From Betaproteobacteria bacterium (GTDB taxonomy: Bacteria > Pseudomonadota > Gammaproteobacteria > Burkholderiales > Usitatibacteraceae), in assembly GCA_016720855.1 (NCBI GenBank), contig JADKJU010000005.1, positions 249,636-313,635 of the forward strand: a stretch of 64,000 nucleotides of DNA. The letters are read 5' to 3'. The translations under genes and the position numbers were made by a program. Under the pieces are notes generated by a model. That model was not told the origin of the DNA, did not search any database, and saw only the letters and a program-made list of their open reading frames with translations. This document shows positions 53,950 to 61,960 of the stretch, piece by piece. Positions within the stretch are counted from its first letter, which is position 1. Each line of letters opens with the position of its first letter.

Positions 53950-54819
53950 ATGAACAGCCGCGTGAAACTCTTCTTCGACCTGTTCAAGCTCCGCATCGGC
54001 TTCGCGATCGGGCTCACCGCCCTGGCGGGGGCCCTCGCGGTCCCCGGCCGGCAGGCAGGCGCTTGGCAGGTGGCGCTCCTGGTCGCGTGCGTCATCGCCG
54101 CTTCGGCGGCGGCAGGCGCGTTCAACCAGTACGTCGAGCGCGACCTCGATGCGCGCATGGGACGCACGCGCGGCCGCGCCTTCGTCACCGGCCAGCTCAA
54201 GCACGGGCCGTTCTGGCTCGGCGTGATCGGCCTCATGCTGGCGCTTGCCGTGTGCGCTGCGGCGGTCGCCGTGAATGCCGTCGCCGCCCTGTTCGTGTTC
54301 CTGGGCGCCTTCTTCTACGGCGTCGTCTATACGGTCATCCTCAAGCGGCGCACGTGGATGAACATCGTGATCGGGGGCCTCGCCGGCAGCTTCGCGGTGC
54401 TCGCCGGGGCGACCGCCGTCACCCCGGGCGAGATCGGCCCCGTGGCCGCCTCGCTCGCCTGGGTGCTGTTCCTCTGGACGCCGCCGCACTTCTGGAGCCT
54501 CGCCATCGCCTTCCAGGACGACTACCGCGCCGCGGGCGTGCCGATGCTTCCGGTGGTCGTGGGCGAGGCCCGCGCGGCCCGGGTCGTGCTCGGCGGCACC
54601 GTCGTGCTCGTCGCCTCATCCTTCCTGCCGCTCCTCTTCGGCCTGGGCACCCTCTATGCGGCCGGCGCGATCGCCGGCGGACTCCTGTTCCTGCGCGGGG
54701 CCGCGCGCCTTGCGGCCGATCCTTCCCGCACCACGGCGATGGGGAGCTTCCATGCCTCCCTCGCCCAGCTCTCGCTCCTGCTCATCGGCGTGATCGCGGA
54801 CGCGGCCTGGCGGGCCTAG
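53950..54819 (+). CDS. ctaB: protoheme IX farnesyltransferase (heme O synthase)
   Basis: 289 aa UbiA-family protein. NQYVERDLDARMGRTRGR and WTPPHFWSLA motifs. Confidence 0.9.
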   Translation: MNSRVKLFFDLFKLRIGFAIGLTALAGALAVPGRQAGAWQVALLVACVIAASAAAGAFNQYVERDLDARMGRTRGRAFVTGQLKHGPFWLGVIGLMLALAVCAAAVAVNAVAALFVFLGAFFYGVVYTVILKRRTWMNIVIGGLAGSFAVLAGATAVTPGEIGPVAASLAWVLFLWTPPHFWSLAIAFQDDYRAAGVPMLPVVVGEARAARVVLGGTVVLVASSFLPLLFGLGTLYAAGAIAGGLLFLRGAARLAADPSRTTAMGSFHASLAQLSLLLIGVIADAAWRA

Positions 54820-54824
54820 CCCGC

Positions 54825-55658
54825 ATGGGTACCGGTTGCCGAACGCGCTGGCTGCAGACGGCGGCCGCGTTCGCCTTCGGGGTCGTCCTCGGGACCGCGC
54901 AGGCGCGTGCGGAATCCGGGGGCGCCGCCCTGGATGCGAACGCGACCCTCGAACGCAGCCAGCGCGCCCTCGGCAACCCGGTGGGCGACTACGCGTTCAA
55001 GGCGGCCGACGGCAAGCCGGTGCGGCTTTCGCAGTTCCGCGGCCGCCCGCTCCTCGTCAACTTCGTGTACACGGCCTGCTCGCAGGTCTGCCCGACCACC
55101 ACGCGATTTCTCGCGGGTGCGGTCGCCGAAGCCGATCGCATGCTCGGCCCCGGCCGCTATGCCGTGGCCACGATCGGCTTCAACTATCCCTATGACACGC
55201 CGGAGGCGATGCGCGCCTTCGCCCGCGCGCAGGGCATCGATCGCCGCGACTGGGTCTTCCTGAGCCCCGAGGCCGGGGTGGTGGAAAGCATCACCCGCGA
55301 CCTCGGGTTCAGCTTTGCCGCTTCCTCCGGCGGCTTCGACCATCTCACGCAAGTCACGCTCATCGACGAGGAAGGCCGCGTGGCCGCGCAGGTGTATGGC
55401 GAGAGCTTCGAGGTGCCGATGCTCGTGGGCCCGCTCAAGGCCCTGCTCACCAATGCTCCCCTGCCGCAATTCTCCGTCGCCAATCTCCTCGAGCGCGTTC
55501 GATTGCTGTGCACCGTGTATGATCCTCGAAGCGGGCGCTATCGCCTGGACTACAGCATCGTGCTCGAGATTCTCATCGGCGCGTCCATCGTGCTCGCCAC
55601 GTTCTTCTTCCTGTTCCGCGAATGGCAACGGCACCGGCGCCGGTTGCGCGCGGGCTGA
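54825..55658 (+). CDS. SCO1/SenC copper chaperone with C-terminal membrane-anchor extension
   Basis: 277 aa. Thioredoxin-fold CxxxC is FVYTACSQVCP. There is an extra ~70-aa tail ending in a TM helix (ILIGASIVLATFFFLF). Confidence 0.85.
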   Translation: MGTGCRTRWLQTAAAFAFGVVLGTAQARAESGGAALDANATLERSQRALGNPVGDYAFKAADGKPVRLSQFRGRPLLVNFVYTACSQVCPTTTRFLAGAVAEADRMLGPGRYAVATIGFNYPYDTPEAMRAFARAQGIDRRDWVFLSPEAGVVESITRDLGFSFAASSGGFDHLTQVTLIDEEGRVAAQVYGESFEVPMLVGPLKALLTNAPLPQFSVANLLERVRLLCTVYDPRSGRYRLDYSIVLEILIGASIVLATFFFLFREWQRHRRRLRAG

Positions 55659-55662
55659 TGCC

Positions 55663-57600
55663 ATGCTCGCCCTCCTGCAAAGGCTCCTGCAGCGGCTCTT
55701 CCTCGGCGCGGAAAGGATCGCCAACGCCATCTTCGGGGAACGCCTCAATCCGCTCTACCACCTCGGGGCGATCAGCTACTACCTGTTCTGGGTCGTGCTC
55801 GCGAGCGGGCTCTACCTCTACGCCTTCTTCGACACGAGCGTGACCGGCGCCTACGCTTCCGTCGAGCGCCTCACCCACGACCAGCGATGGATCGGCGGGA
55901 TCCTCAGGAGCCTGCACCGCTACGCCTCCGACGGCATGGTGCTCACCATGGTGCTGCACCTGACGCGCCACTTCGCCTTCGACCGGCACCGCGGCTTCCG
56001 CTGGTTCTCGTGGGTGAGCGGCGTGATCCTGCTCTGGCTCGTGTACGCCTCGGGCATCAACGGCTACATGCTGCCCTGGGACCAGCTCGCGCAGTTCACC
56101 GTGACCGCCACCGCCGAGTGGTTCGACGCGCTGCCGGTGTTCAACGGCCTGCTCATGCGCAATTTCCTGAGCGCCGACAGCGTGAACGACCGGTTCTTCT
56201 CCCTGCTCTCGTTCCTGCACATCGGCCTGCCGCTGGGCGTGCTGGCGCTCCTGTGGATCCACACGCACCGCGTGCCGCAGGCGAAGACGCTGCCGCCCAA
56301 CCCGCTCATGGTCGCGCTCGGCGCGGCGATGATCGCGCTCTCCGTCGTGAAGCCGGCGCTGAGCCAGCTGCCCGCCGACCTCGCGACGACGGCGTCCTCG
56401 ATCGAGTTCGACTGGTTCTACCTGCCTACCTACGCCCTCATCTACCGCTGGACGCCCGGCGCCGTCTGGGCGCTCGTCGTCCCCCTCACGATTCTCGCCG
56501 TGCTGGCACCGTGGCTGCCGCCGAAGTTCGGGCGGCGCGCCATTCGCGCGTTCCACGTGCTGGCCCATCCCGACAATCGCATCGTCCCGGTGAAGGAGGA
56601 CGAGTCGATCCTCGACGCCTGCCTGCGCGAAGGGCTTCCCATGCCCTTCGATTGCCGCAACGGCGGCTGCGGCGTTTGCAAGTGCACGGTGCTGCACGGG
56701 GAGGTGGAATTGGGCGCCTACCAGGAAAGTGCCCTGTCCACCGCGGACCGCGAGGCCGGCCGCGTGCTCTCCTGCGTGGCGAAGCCCCTTTCCGATGTCG
56801 AGATCGAATACGAACCCACGGACGAATCCGCGCGTCCCGTCACCCTGCATGACGCGCGAGTGGTCTCCATGGACCTGCTCGCGCCGGACGTCATGCGCGT
56901 TCGCCTCGAGGTCGAAGGGGGAGCGAGGATCCCCTTCTACGCCGGCCAGTACATCAACATCCTGCTGGACGACGGCCAGAAGCGCGCCTTCTCGTTCGCC
57001 ACCCCTCCGCACGAGCCCGGCCCGATCGAGCTGCACATCCGCCGCATCGAAGGCGGGCGATTCACCACGCACGTCTTCACCGCCATGAAGGTCGGCGATC
57101 ATATTCGCTTCGAGGGACCGGTGGGCTCCTTCTTCCTGCGCGAGGACGGGGACAAGCCCGTCATCTTCGTGGCCGGGGCCACCGGATTCGCACCCGTGAA
57201 GAGCATGGTGGAGCACGCGCTGCATGCCGGCGTGACCCGGCCCATGGTGCTCTACTGGGGCACGCGCAACCTCGCCGACATGTACCTTCGCGAACTTCCC
57301 GAGCGCTGGGCGAAGGAGCATGCGAACTTCCGCTTCGTTCCCGTGCTCTCCGATGCGGTGCCCGGCGACGGCTGGGAGGGCAGGAAGGGCCTTGTCCACG
57401 AGGCGATCCTCGCCGACTATCCCGACCTCGGGGGGCATCGCATCTACGCCTGCGGCTCGGTGAAGATGGTCGAGGCCGCGCAACCTGCGTTCGCCAAGCA
57501 GGGGCTCTCGCCCGACGACTGCTTTTCCGATGCGTTCAAGCTCGCACCGCGCATCCATTCGAAGGACGCCGATCTCGTGCGCCTGGGGGGGCGCCCATGA
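55663..57600 (+). CDS. fusion protein: di-heme cytochrome b (bc1/b6-type N-domain) + plant-type [2Fe-2S] ferredoxin + FAD/NAD(P)H ferredoxin-reductase domain
   Basis: 645 aa. Two His pairs are each spaced 14 residues apart (SLHRYASDGMVLTMVLH and FLHIGLPLGVLALLWIH). The 2Fe-2S motif is CRNGGCGVCKC...SCVA. FNR motifs are RAFSFA, FVAGATGFAP and YACGS. Confidence 0.85.
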   Translation: MLALLQRLLQRLFLGAERIANAIFGERLNPLYHLGAISYYLFWVVLASGLYLYAFFDTSVTGAYASVERLTHDQRWIGGILRSLHRYASDGMVLTMVLHLTRHFAFDRHRGFRWFSWVSGVILLWLVYASGINGYMLPWDQLAQFTVTATAEWFDALPVFNGLLMRNFLSADSVNDRFFSLLSFLHIGLPLGVLALLWIHTHRVPQAKTLPPNPLMVALGAAMIALSVVKPALSQLPADLATTASSIEFDWFYLPTYALIYRWTPGAVWALVVPLTILAVLAPWLPPKFGRRAIRAFHVLAHPDNRIVPVKEDESILDACLREGLPMPFDCRNGGCGVCKCTVLHGEVELGAYQESALSTADREAGRVLSCVAKPLSDVEIEYEPTDESARPVTLHDARVVSMDLLAPDVMRVRLEVEGGARIPFYAGQYINILLDDGQKRAFSFATPPHEPGPIELHIRRIEGGRFTTHVFTAMKVGDHIRFEGPVGSFFLREDGDKPVIFVAGATGFAPVKSMVEHALHAGVTRPMVLYWGTRNLADMYLRELPERWAKEHANFRFVPVLSDAVPGDGWEGRKGLVHEAILADYPDLGGHRIYACGSVKMVEAAQPAFAKQGLSPDDCFSDAFKLAPRIHSKDADLVRLGGRP

Positions 57601-58097
57601 ACCGCCCGCTGCGCTACCTCCTGCAGGGCCTCCTCTATGGCGCCTTCGCGGCCACCCTGGGCTATTTCTCGACCTCGCCGGCGTTCGAGCCGCTTCCCCC
57701 GGGCCACGCGCTCATCCGCCTGTCGCTCAACCACGCCGGACAACGCAAGGTGGCCTGCCGCACGCGCACGCCCGAGGAACTCGCGAAACTGGCGCCCAAC
57801 ATGCGGGCAGCGGAAGACTGCTCGCGCGAGCGCGCGCCCGTGCTGGTGAAAGTGGAGCTCAATGGCAAGTCCGTGGCCGACATCGTCGCGGCGCCGACGG
57901 GCCTGTCGCGCGACGGCGCGTCGGTGGCCTACCGGCGCATACCCGTCGTCGCGGGCACGTACCTCGTGAAGGTGAGCATCGCGGACAACGCGGCGGGACT
58001 TTTCGACCGCGTGCGTGAGGAGGAAGTGCGTCTCGAGCCGGGCCGCGTGCTGGTGATCGACTTCGAACCCGGCAAGGGCGGGATCGTGTTGCGCTAG
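57597..58097 (+). CDS. 166-aa membrane-anchored hypothetical protein
   Basis: ATGA overlap with the preceding gene and 2 nt from the next. One N-terminal TM (YLLQGLLYGAFAATLGYF). Strong GC3 coding signal. No motif recognised. Confidence 0.6.
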   Translation: MNRPLRYLLQGLLYGAFAATLGYFSTSPAFEPLPPGHALIRLSLNHAGQRKVACRTRTPEELAKLAPNMRAAEDCSRERAPVLVKVELNGKSVADIVAAPTGLSRDGASVAYRRIPVVAGTYLVKVSIADNAAGLFDRVREEEVRLEPGRVLVIDFEPGKGGIVLR

Positions 58098-58099
58098 CC

Positions 58100-59677
58100 A
58101 TGAAAGCCGCCTCCCTGTCGCTTCCCCGCCCCGGCCGTGCCGCGCTCGTCGTGGAGCGGGTGGACGCGCTCTTCGACCGCGCCTTCGGCCAGCGCCTGAA
58201 CCCGTGGCGGCATCTCGGCGCGCTCGGCTTCCTGTTCTTCTGGATCTGCTGCGCCTCGGGCATCTGGATCTACGTCGGCTACGACACCAGCACCCTCGGC
58301 GCGCACGAGAGCCTGGCCGCGATGGACCGCAACGAGTGGCCGCTTGGCGCGCTGGCGCGCGCGCTGCACCGCTACAGCGCCGACGCCCTCGTGGTGGTGA
58401 CCGCGCTTCACCTCGCGCGGGAACTGGCGCGCCGGCACTACGCGGCGTTCCGCCTCTACGCGTGGCTCACCGGGCTCGTCGTCCTGGTGCTGATGTTCGC
58501 CGCCGGCATCGGCGGCTACTGGCTGCCCTGGGACCAGCTCGCGCAGTGGAGCCTCACGGCCACCACGGAATGGTTCGACGCGCTGCCGGTCTTCGACGGC
58601 GCCCTGTCGCGCAACGTCATCGCCGGCAGCCAGGTGAACGACCGCTTCTTCTCCCTCCTCATCTTCCTGCACATCGGCCTGCCGCTCGCCATGCTCGGCG
58701 CGATGTGGGCGCACGTGCAGCGCGTGAGCCCCGCACGCACCAATCCGCCGGGCGCGCTGGGGTGGGGATCCCTCGCCATGCTGGCGGCGCTTTGCCTCGC
58801 CAAGCCCGTCTCGCTGATGCCTGCGGCCGACCTGGCTTTCCTGCCCGCCAGGATCCCCGTCGACTGGTTCTATCTCTTCCCGCACCCGCTCATGGCCTGG
58901 CTCGGACCCGACGGGCTGTGGTGGGCGACGGCCGCCTTTCTCGCGGGCCTCGCAACCCTGCCGTGGGCCACGCGCGTCGCGCGCGCACCGGCGGCCCGCG
59001 TGAGCCTGGCCAACTGCAACGGCTGTGCGCGCTGCTTCGCGGACTGCCCGTACGACGCGGTGGTGATGGTGGCGCGCACCGACGCGCGTCCGCATCCGCG
59101 TCAGGCACAGGTGAACCCTGACCTGTGCGCGGGCTGCGGCATCTGCACCGGCGCCTGCCCATCGTCCACGCCGTTCCGCCGGGACGAGGCGCTGGTCACC
59201 GGCATCGACATGCCCTCCATGGCCATCGGCGAAATGCGCGACCGGCTGGAGGCGCGCACGGCTGCCCTCGTGGGCCGCCCGCGCATCGTGGTCTTCGGTT
59301 GCCGCTGGGGAGCGGATAGCGAAAGCCTCGCAGGGCCCTCCACCGCCGCGATCGAATTCGTCTGCGGCGCGATGCTGCCCCCCTCGTTCGTGGAATACGC
59401 GCTGCGCGCAGGGGCCGACGGCGTGCTCGTCGCCAGTTGCCGCGAAGGCGACTGCGAGTTCCGCACCGGCGACCAGCTCATCGCTGCGCGGCTGGGCGCC
59501 GAGCGCAAGCCTGCATTGCGATCGAGCGTGGCGCGTGAGCGCGTCCGGCTGGTCCCCGCCGGGCGCACCGATACCGGATTCCTGCGCACGCAGCTCGATG
59601 CCTTCCGCGCGGACCTCGAACGACTCGAATCCCGCCATGCCTCACCCCCCAAACGCCAGGAGAAGCACCATGGCTAG
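58100..59677 (+). CDS. fusion protein: di-heme cytochrome b + 2x[4Fe-4S] ferredoxin + MvhD/FlpD-like (hydrogenase iron-sulfur subunit) domain
   Basis: 525 aa. The cytochrome b part is paralogous to 55663-56500 (ALHRYSADALVVVTALH and FLHIGLPLAMLGAMWAH). Cluster motifs are CNGCARCFADCP and CAGCGICTGACP. The MvhD-like segment is IVVFGCRWGA...FVCGAMLPPSFVEYALRAGADGVLVASCREGDCEF. Confidence 0.8.
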   Translation: MKAASLSLPRPGRAALVVERVDALFDRAFGQRLNPWRHLGALGFLFFWICCASGIWIYVGYDTSTLGAHESLAAMDRNEWPLGALARALHRYSADALVVVTALHLARELARRHYAAFRLYAWLTGLVVLVLMFAAGIGGYWLPWDQLAQWSLTATTEWFDALPVFDGALSRNVIAGSQVNDRFFSLLIFLHIGLPLAMLGAMWAHVQRVSPARTNPPGALGWGSLAMLAALCLAKPVSLMPAADLAFLPARIPVDWFYLFPHPLMAWLGPDGLWWATAAFLAGLATLPWATRVARAPAARVSLANCNGCARCFADCPYDAVVMVARTDARPHPRQAQVNPDLCAGCGICTGACPSSTPFRRDEALVTGIDMPSMAIGEMRDRLEARTAALVGRPRIVVFGCRWGADSESLAGPSTAAIEFVCGAMLPPSFVEYALRAGADGVLVASCREGDCEFRTGDQLIAARLGAERKPALRSSVARERVRLVPAGRTDTGFLRTQLDAFRADLERLESRHASPPKRQEKHHG

Positions 59678-61097
59678 CCTTCACTCCGCCCATGCCCACT
59701 CCCTCGCTTCGGCTGCCGACCAATCGGCGAGCGGCACCACATTCGGGATCACCGTGGGGCGCGACGCCTCCGCGCGCCTCGCGACCGGCTGGCTCGCGCT
59801 CGGCATCGCCGCGCTCGTCGGATCCGGCGTGTTCTCGCTCCTGCTCGTGCTCGCGCGCACGCCGGGGCTCAAGGAAATCTTCCCCGTCGCCGATTTCTTC
59901 CAGGTGGCGCTCGTCGCGCACGTGGACCTGTCGGTCCTCGTCTGGTTCCTTGCCTTCGCGGGCGTGCTGTGGAGCCTTGCGTGCGATGCCCGCGGCATCG
60001 CCGTGGGCTGGGTCGCCCTGGCGCTGTGCGCCGCCGGGACGCTGGCGCTTTGCGTGGCCCCGCTCGCGGGGAACGCGGTGCCGGTGCTGGCCAACTACAT
60101 CCCCGTCATCGACAACGCCGCGTTCCTGGGCGGTCTTGCCGCCATCGGCGCCGGCGTCGCGCTTGCGGCGACGCGCACGTTCTGGGCGGCTCGCGCCTTT
60201 GCCCCGACCCTCGACGGCGAGTCGGCGCTACGCTGGGGAATCCTCGGATCGGCCGTCGCGACGGCCATTGCCCTGGCCGCCTTCGGCTGGTCGTGGATGG
60301 AGCTCTCGCCGCACCTCGAGCGCAAGGCCTACTACGAGCTGCTCTTCTGGGGCGGCGGCCACGTGCTGCAGTTCACGTGGACCCTGCTCATGCTCGCCGG
60401 CTGGCTGTGGCTTGCGAGCGCTCTGGGGCTGCGCCCGGCACTTTCGCCTCGCGTGACGCTTCTCGTCTTCACGATCGCGCTGGCCTGCGTGTTCGTCACC
60501 CCCGTCATCTACATCGCCCACCCGGTCGCCTCGGTGGAGCACCACAAGCTGCAAACCTGGCTCATGCGTTTCGGCGGCGGGCTCGCGATCCCGCCGGTTC
60601 TCCTCGCGCTCCTGTGGGCGATGCGCAGCCTGCCATCCCTCGACGCGCAGAAGCGCCCGATCTTCGGGGCGCTCGCGGCCTCCATCGGGCTCTTCGCGGC
60701 CGGCGGCCTCATCGGCTTTGCCATCAGCGGGGCCAACGTGAAGATCCCGGCGCACTATCACGGCTGCATCGTCGGGGTGACGCTCGCGTTCATGGGACTG
60801 GCCTACCACCTCCTGCCGCAGCTCGGTTTCGCCGCGCCGCGCTCGCGTCTGGCCGCGTGGCAGCCCTGGCTCTACGGCGGAGGGCAGCTCGCGCACATCG
60901 TGGGCCTGGTGTGGTCGGGCGGATACGGCGTTGAACGCAAGGTGGCGGGCGCCGCGCAGGTGCTGCGCACGCCGCAGGAGGTGGCGGGCATGGGGCTCAT
61001 GGGCCTGGGCGGCCTGGTAGCGATCCTGGGCGGCCTCGCGTTCGTGATCGTCGTGATCGGCGCCCTGCGTCGTCCCGCCGGCGCCGAGACCGCCTGA
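59670..61097 (+). CDS. highly divergent heme-copper-oxidase subunit-I homologue (12 TM) retaining all six canonical His ligands
   Basis: I prefer ATG 59670 (AGGAGA Shine-Dalgarno). 475 aa. His84 (LVAHVD), His231 (LLFWGGGH), His291/292 (VEHH) and His362/364 (AHYHG) sit at nearly the same positions as ba3 H72, H233, H282/283 and H384/386. There is no Tyr at His+4 (HVLQF). Confidence 0.65.
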   Translation: MASLHSAHAHSLASAADQSASGTTFGITVGRDASARLATGWLALGIAALVGSGVFSLLLVLARTPGLKEIFPVADFFQVALVAHVDLSVLVWFLAFAGVLWSLACDARGIAVGWVALALCAAGTLALCVAPLAGNAVPVLANYIPVIDNAAFLGGLAAIGAGVALAATRTFWAARAFAPTLDGESALRWGILGSAVATAIALAAFGWSWMELSPHLERKAYYELLFWGGGHVLQFTWTLLMLAGWLWLASALGLRPALSPRVTLLVFTIALACVFVTPVIYIAHPVASVEHHKLQTWLMRFGGGLAIPPVLLALLWAMRSLPSLDAQKRPIFGALAASIGLFAAGGLIGFAISGANVKIPAHYHGCIVGVTLAFMGLAYHLLPQLGFAAPRSRLAAWQPWLYGGGQLAHIVGLVWSGGYGVERKVAGAAQVLRTPQEVAGMGLMGLGGLVAILGGLAFVIVVIGALRRPAGAETA

Positions 61098-61108
61098 GCG
61101 CACCGGTC

Positions 61109-61909
61109 ATGACGCGCGAAGAGCGCATGCTTTCCGCGACCGCGGCCGCATGCGCGGCGCTGGTCTTCATCATCGTCGCTGCCAGCGCCTGGCTGAGGCT
61201 CGTGGCCGTGCCCTGTCCGCCGGCAGGGTGCGAGGGATTCACGCTCACCGATGCCGTGCGCCTCGCGCACCGCGTGGCCGCCATGGGCGTGACGGTCCTG
61301 GCCCTCGTCATCATCGCGCTGGCGTGGAAGGCGCCCCGGCGCTGGGGCCTGCGCATCGCCGCGGCCATCCTCTTCGGCCTCGTGGCCGCGCTCGCCGTCA
61401 TCGGCCGCCGGTCGGCGGGAGCCGCCCCGCCCGAGGTGATGCTCGCCAACCTGCTGGGGGGCCTCACGCTTCTTGCGGTCTCCGTGGCCCTGGCCGTCGC
61501 CCCGCGCCAGCCGCGGGGACGGATCGCACTCCCCTTCGCTGCCGCAGCGTTGCTGTTCGCCGTGTCCACAGGGACGGGGGGCCTGCTGGTCATGGCACCG
61601 CCGGCCGACACCGCGTCGCTGGGCCTCGCCCATCGCGCCCTTTCCTGGGCCACCCTGGCGGGCTGGGGGCTGCTGGCGTTCGCAAGCGCACCCCCGGCCG
61701 GTGTACGTGCGGCAACGCGCCTCGCCGCCGCGCTCATGGCGCTTCAGGTCCTGCTCGCGCTGTCGTTGCCCGCCGGGCCACTGGCGCGTTGGCTTCACAA
61801 CCTGCTCACGTCCGCGGCGCTTCTCCCCGTCATTGCTGCAGCGCTGTCCTGCCGGGCCCCCTTGCGCCCCGATCCCGCGCACCCCGAACGCCTGCCTGCC
61901 GGATCCTGA
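61109..61909 (+). CDS. polytopic membrane protein, CtaA/COX15-like (putative)
   Basis: 266 aa with about 8 hydrophobic segments. A Cys pair lies in the first loop (CPPAGC), followed by AHRVAAMG. Later helices carry His (LAHRAL, WLHNLL). The family call is by pattern only. Confidence 0.4.
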   Translation: MTREERMLSATAAACAALVFIIVAASAWLRLVAVPCPPAGCEGFTLTDAVRLAHRVAAMGVTVLALVIIALAWKAPRRWGLRIAAAILFGLVAALAVIGRRSAGAAPPEVMLANLLGGLTLLAVSVALAVAPRQPRGRIALPFAAAALLFAVSTGTGGLLVMAPPADTASLGLAHRALSWATLAGWGLLAFASAPPAGVRAATRLAAALMALQVLLALSLPAGPLARWLHNLLTSAALLPVIAAALSCRAPLRPDPAHPERLPAGS

Positions 61910-61960
61910 GCGGCAGCCGGGTTATCATGGGCGCTCCCAACGCCCTGTGCCCATCCCTTC

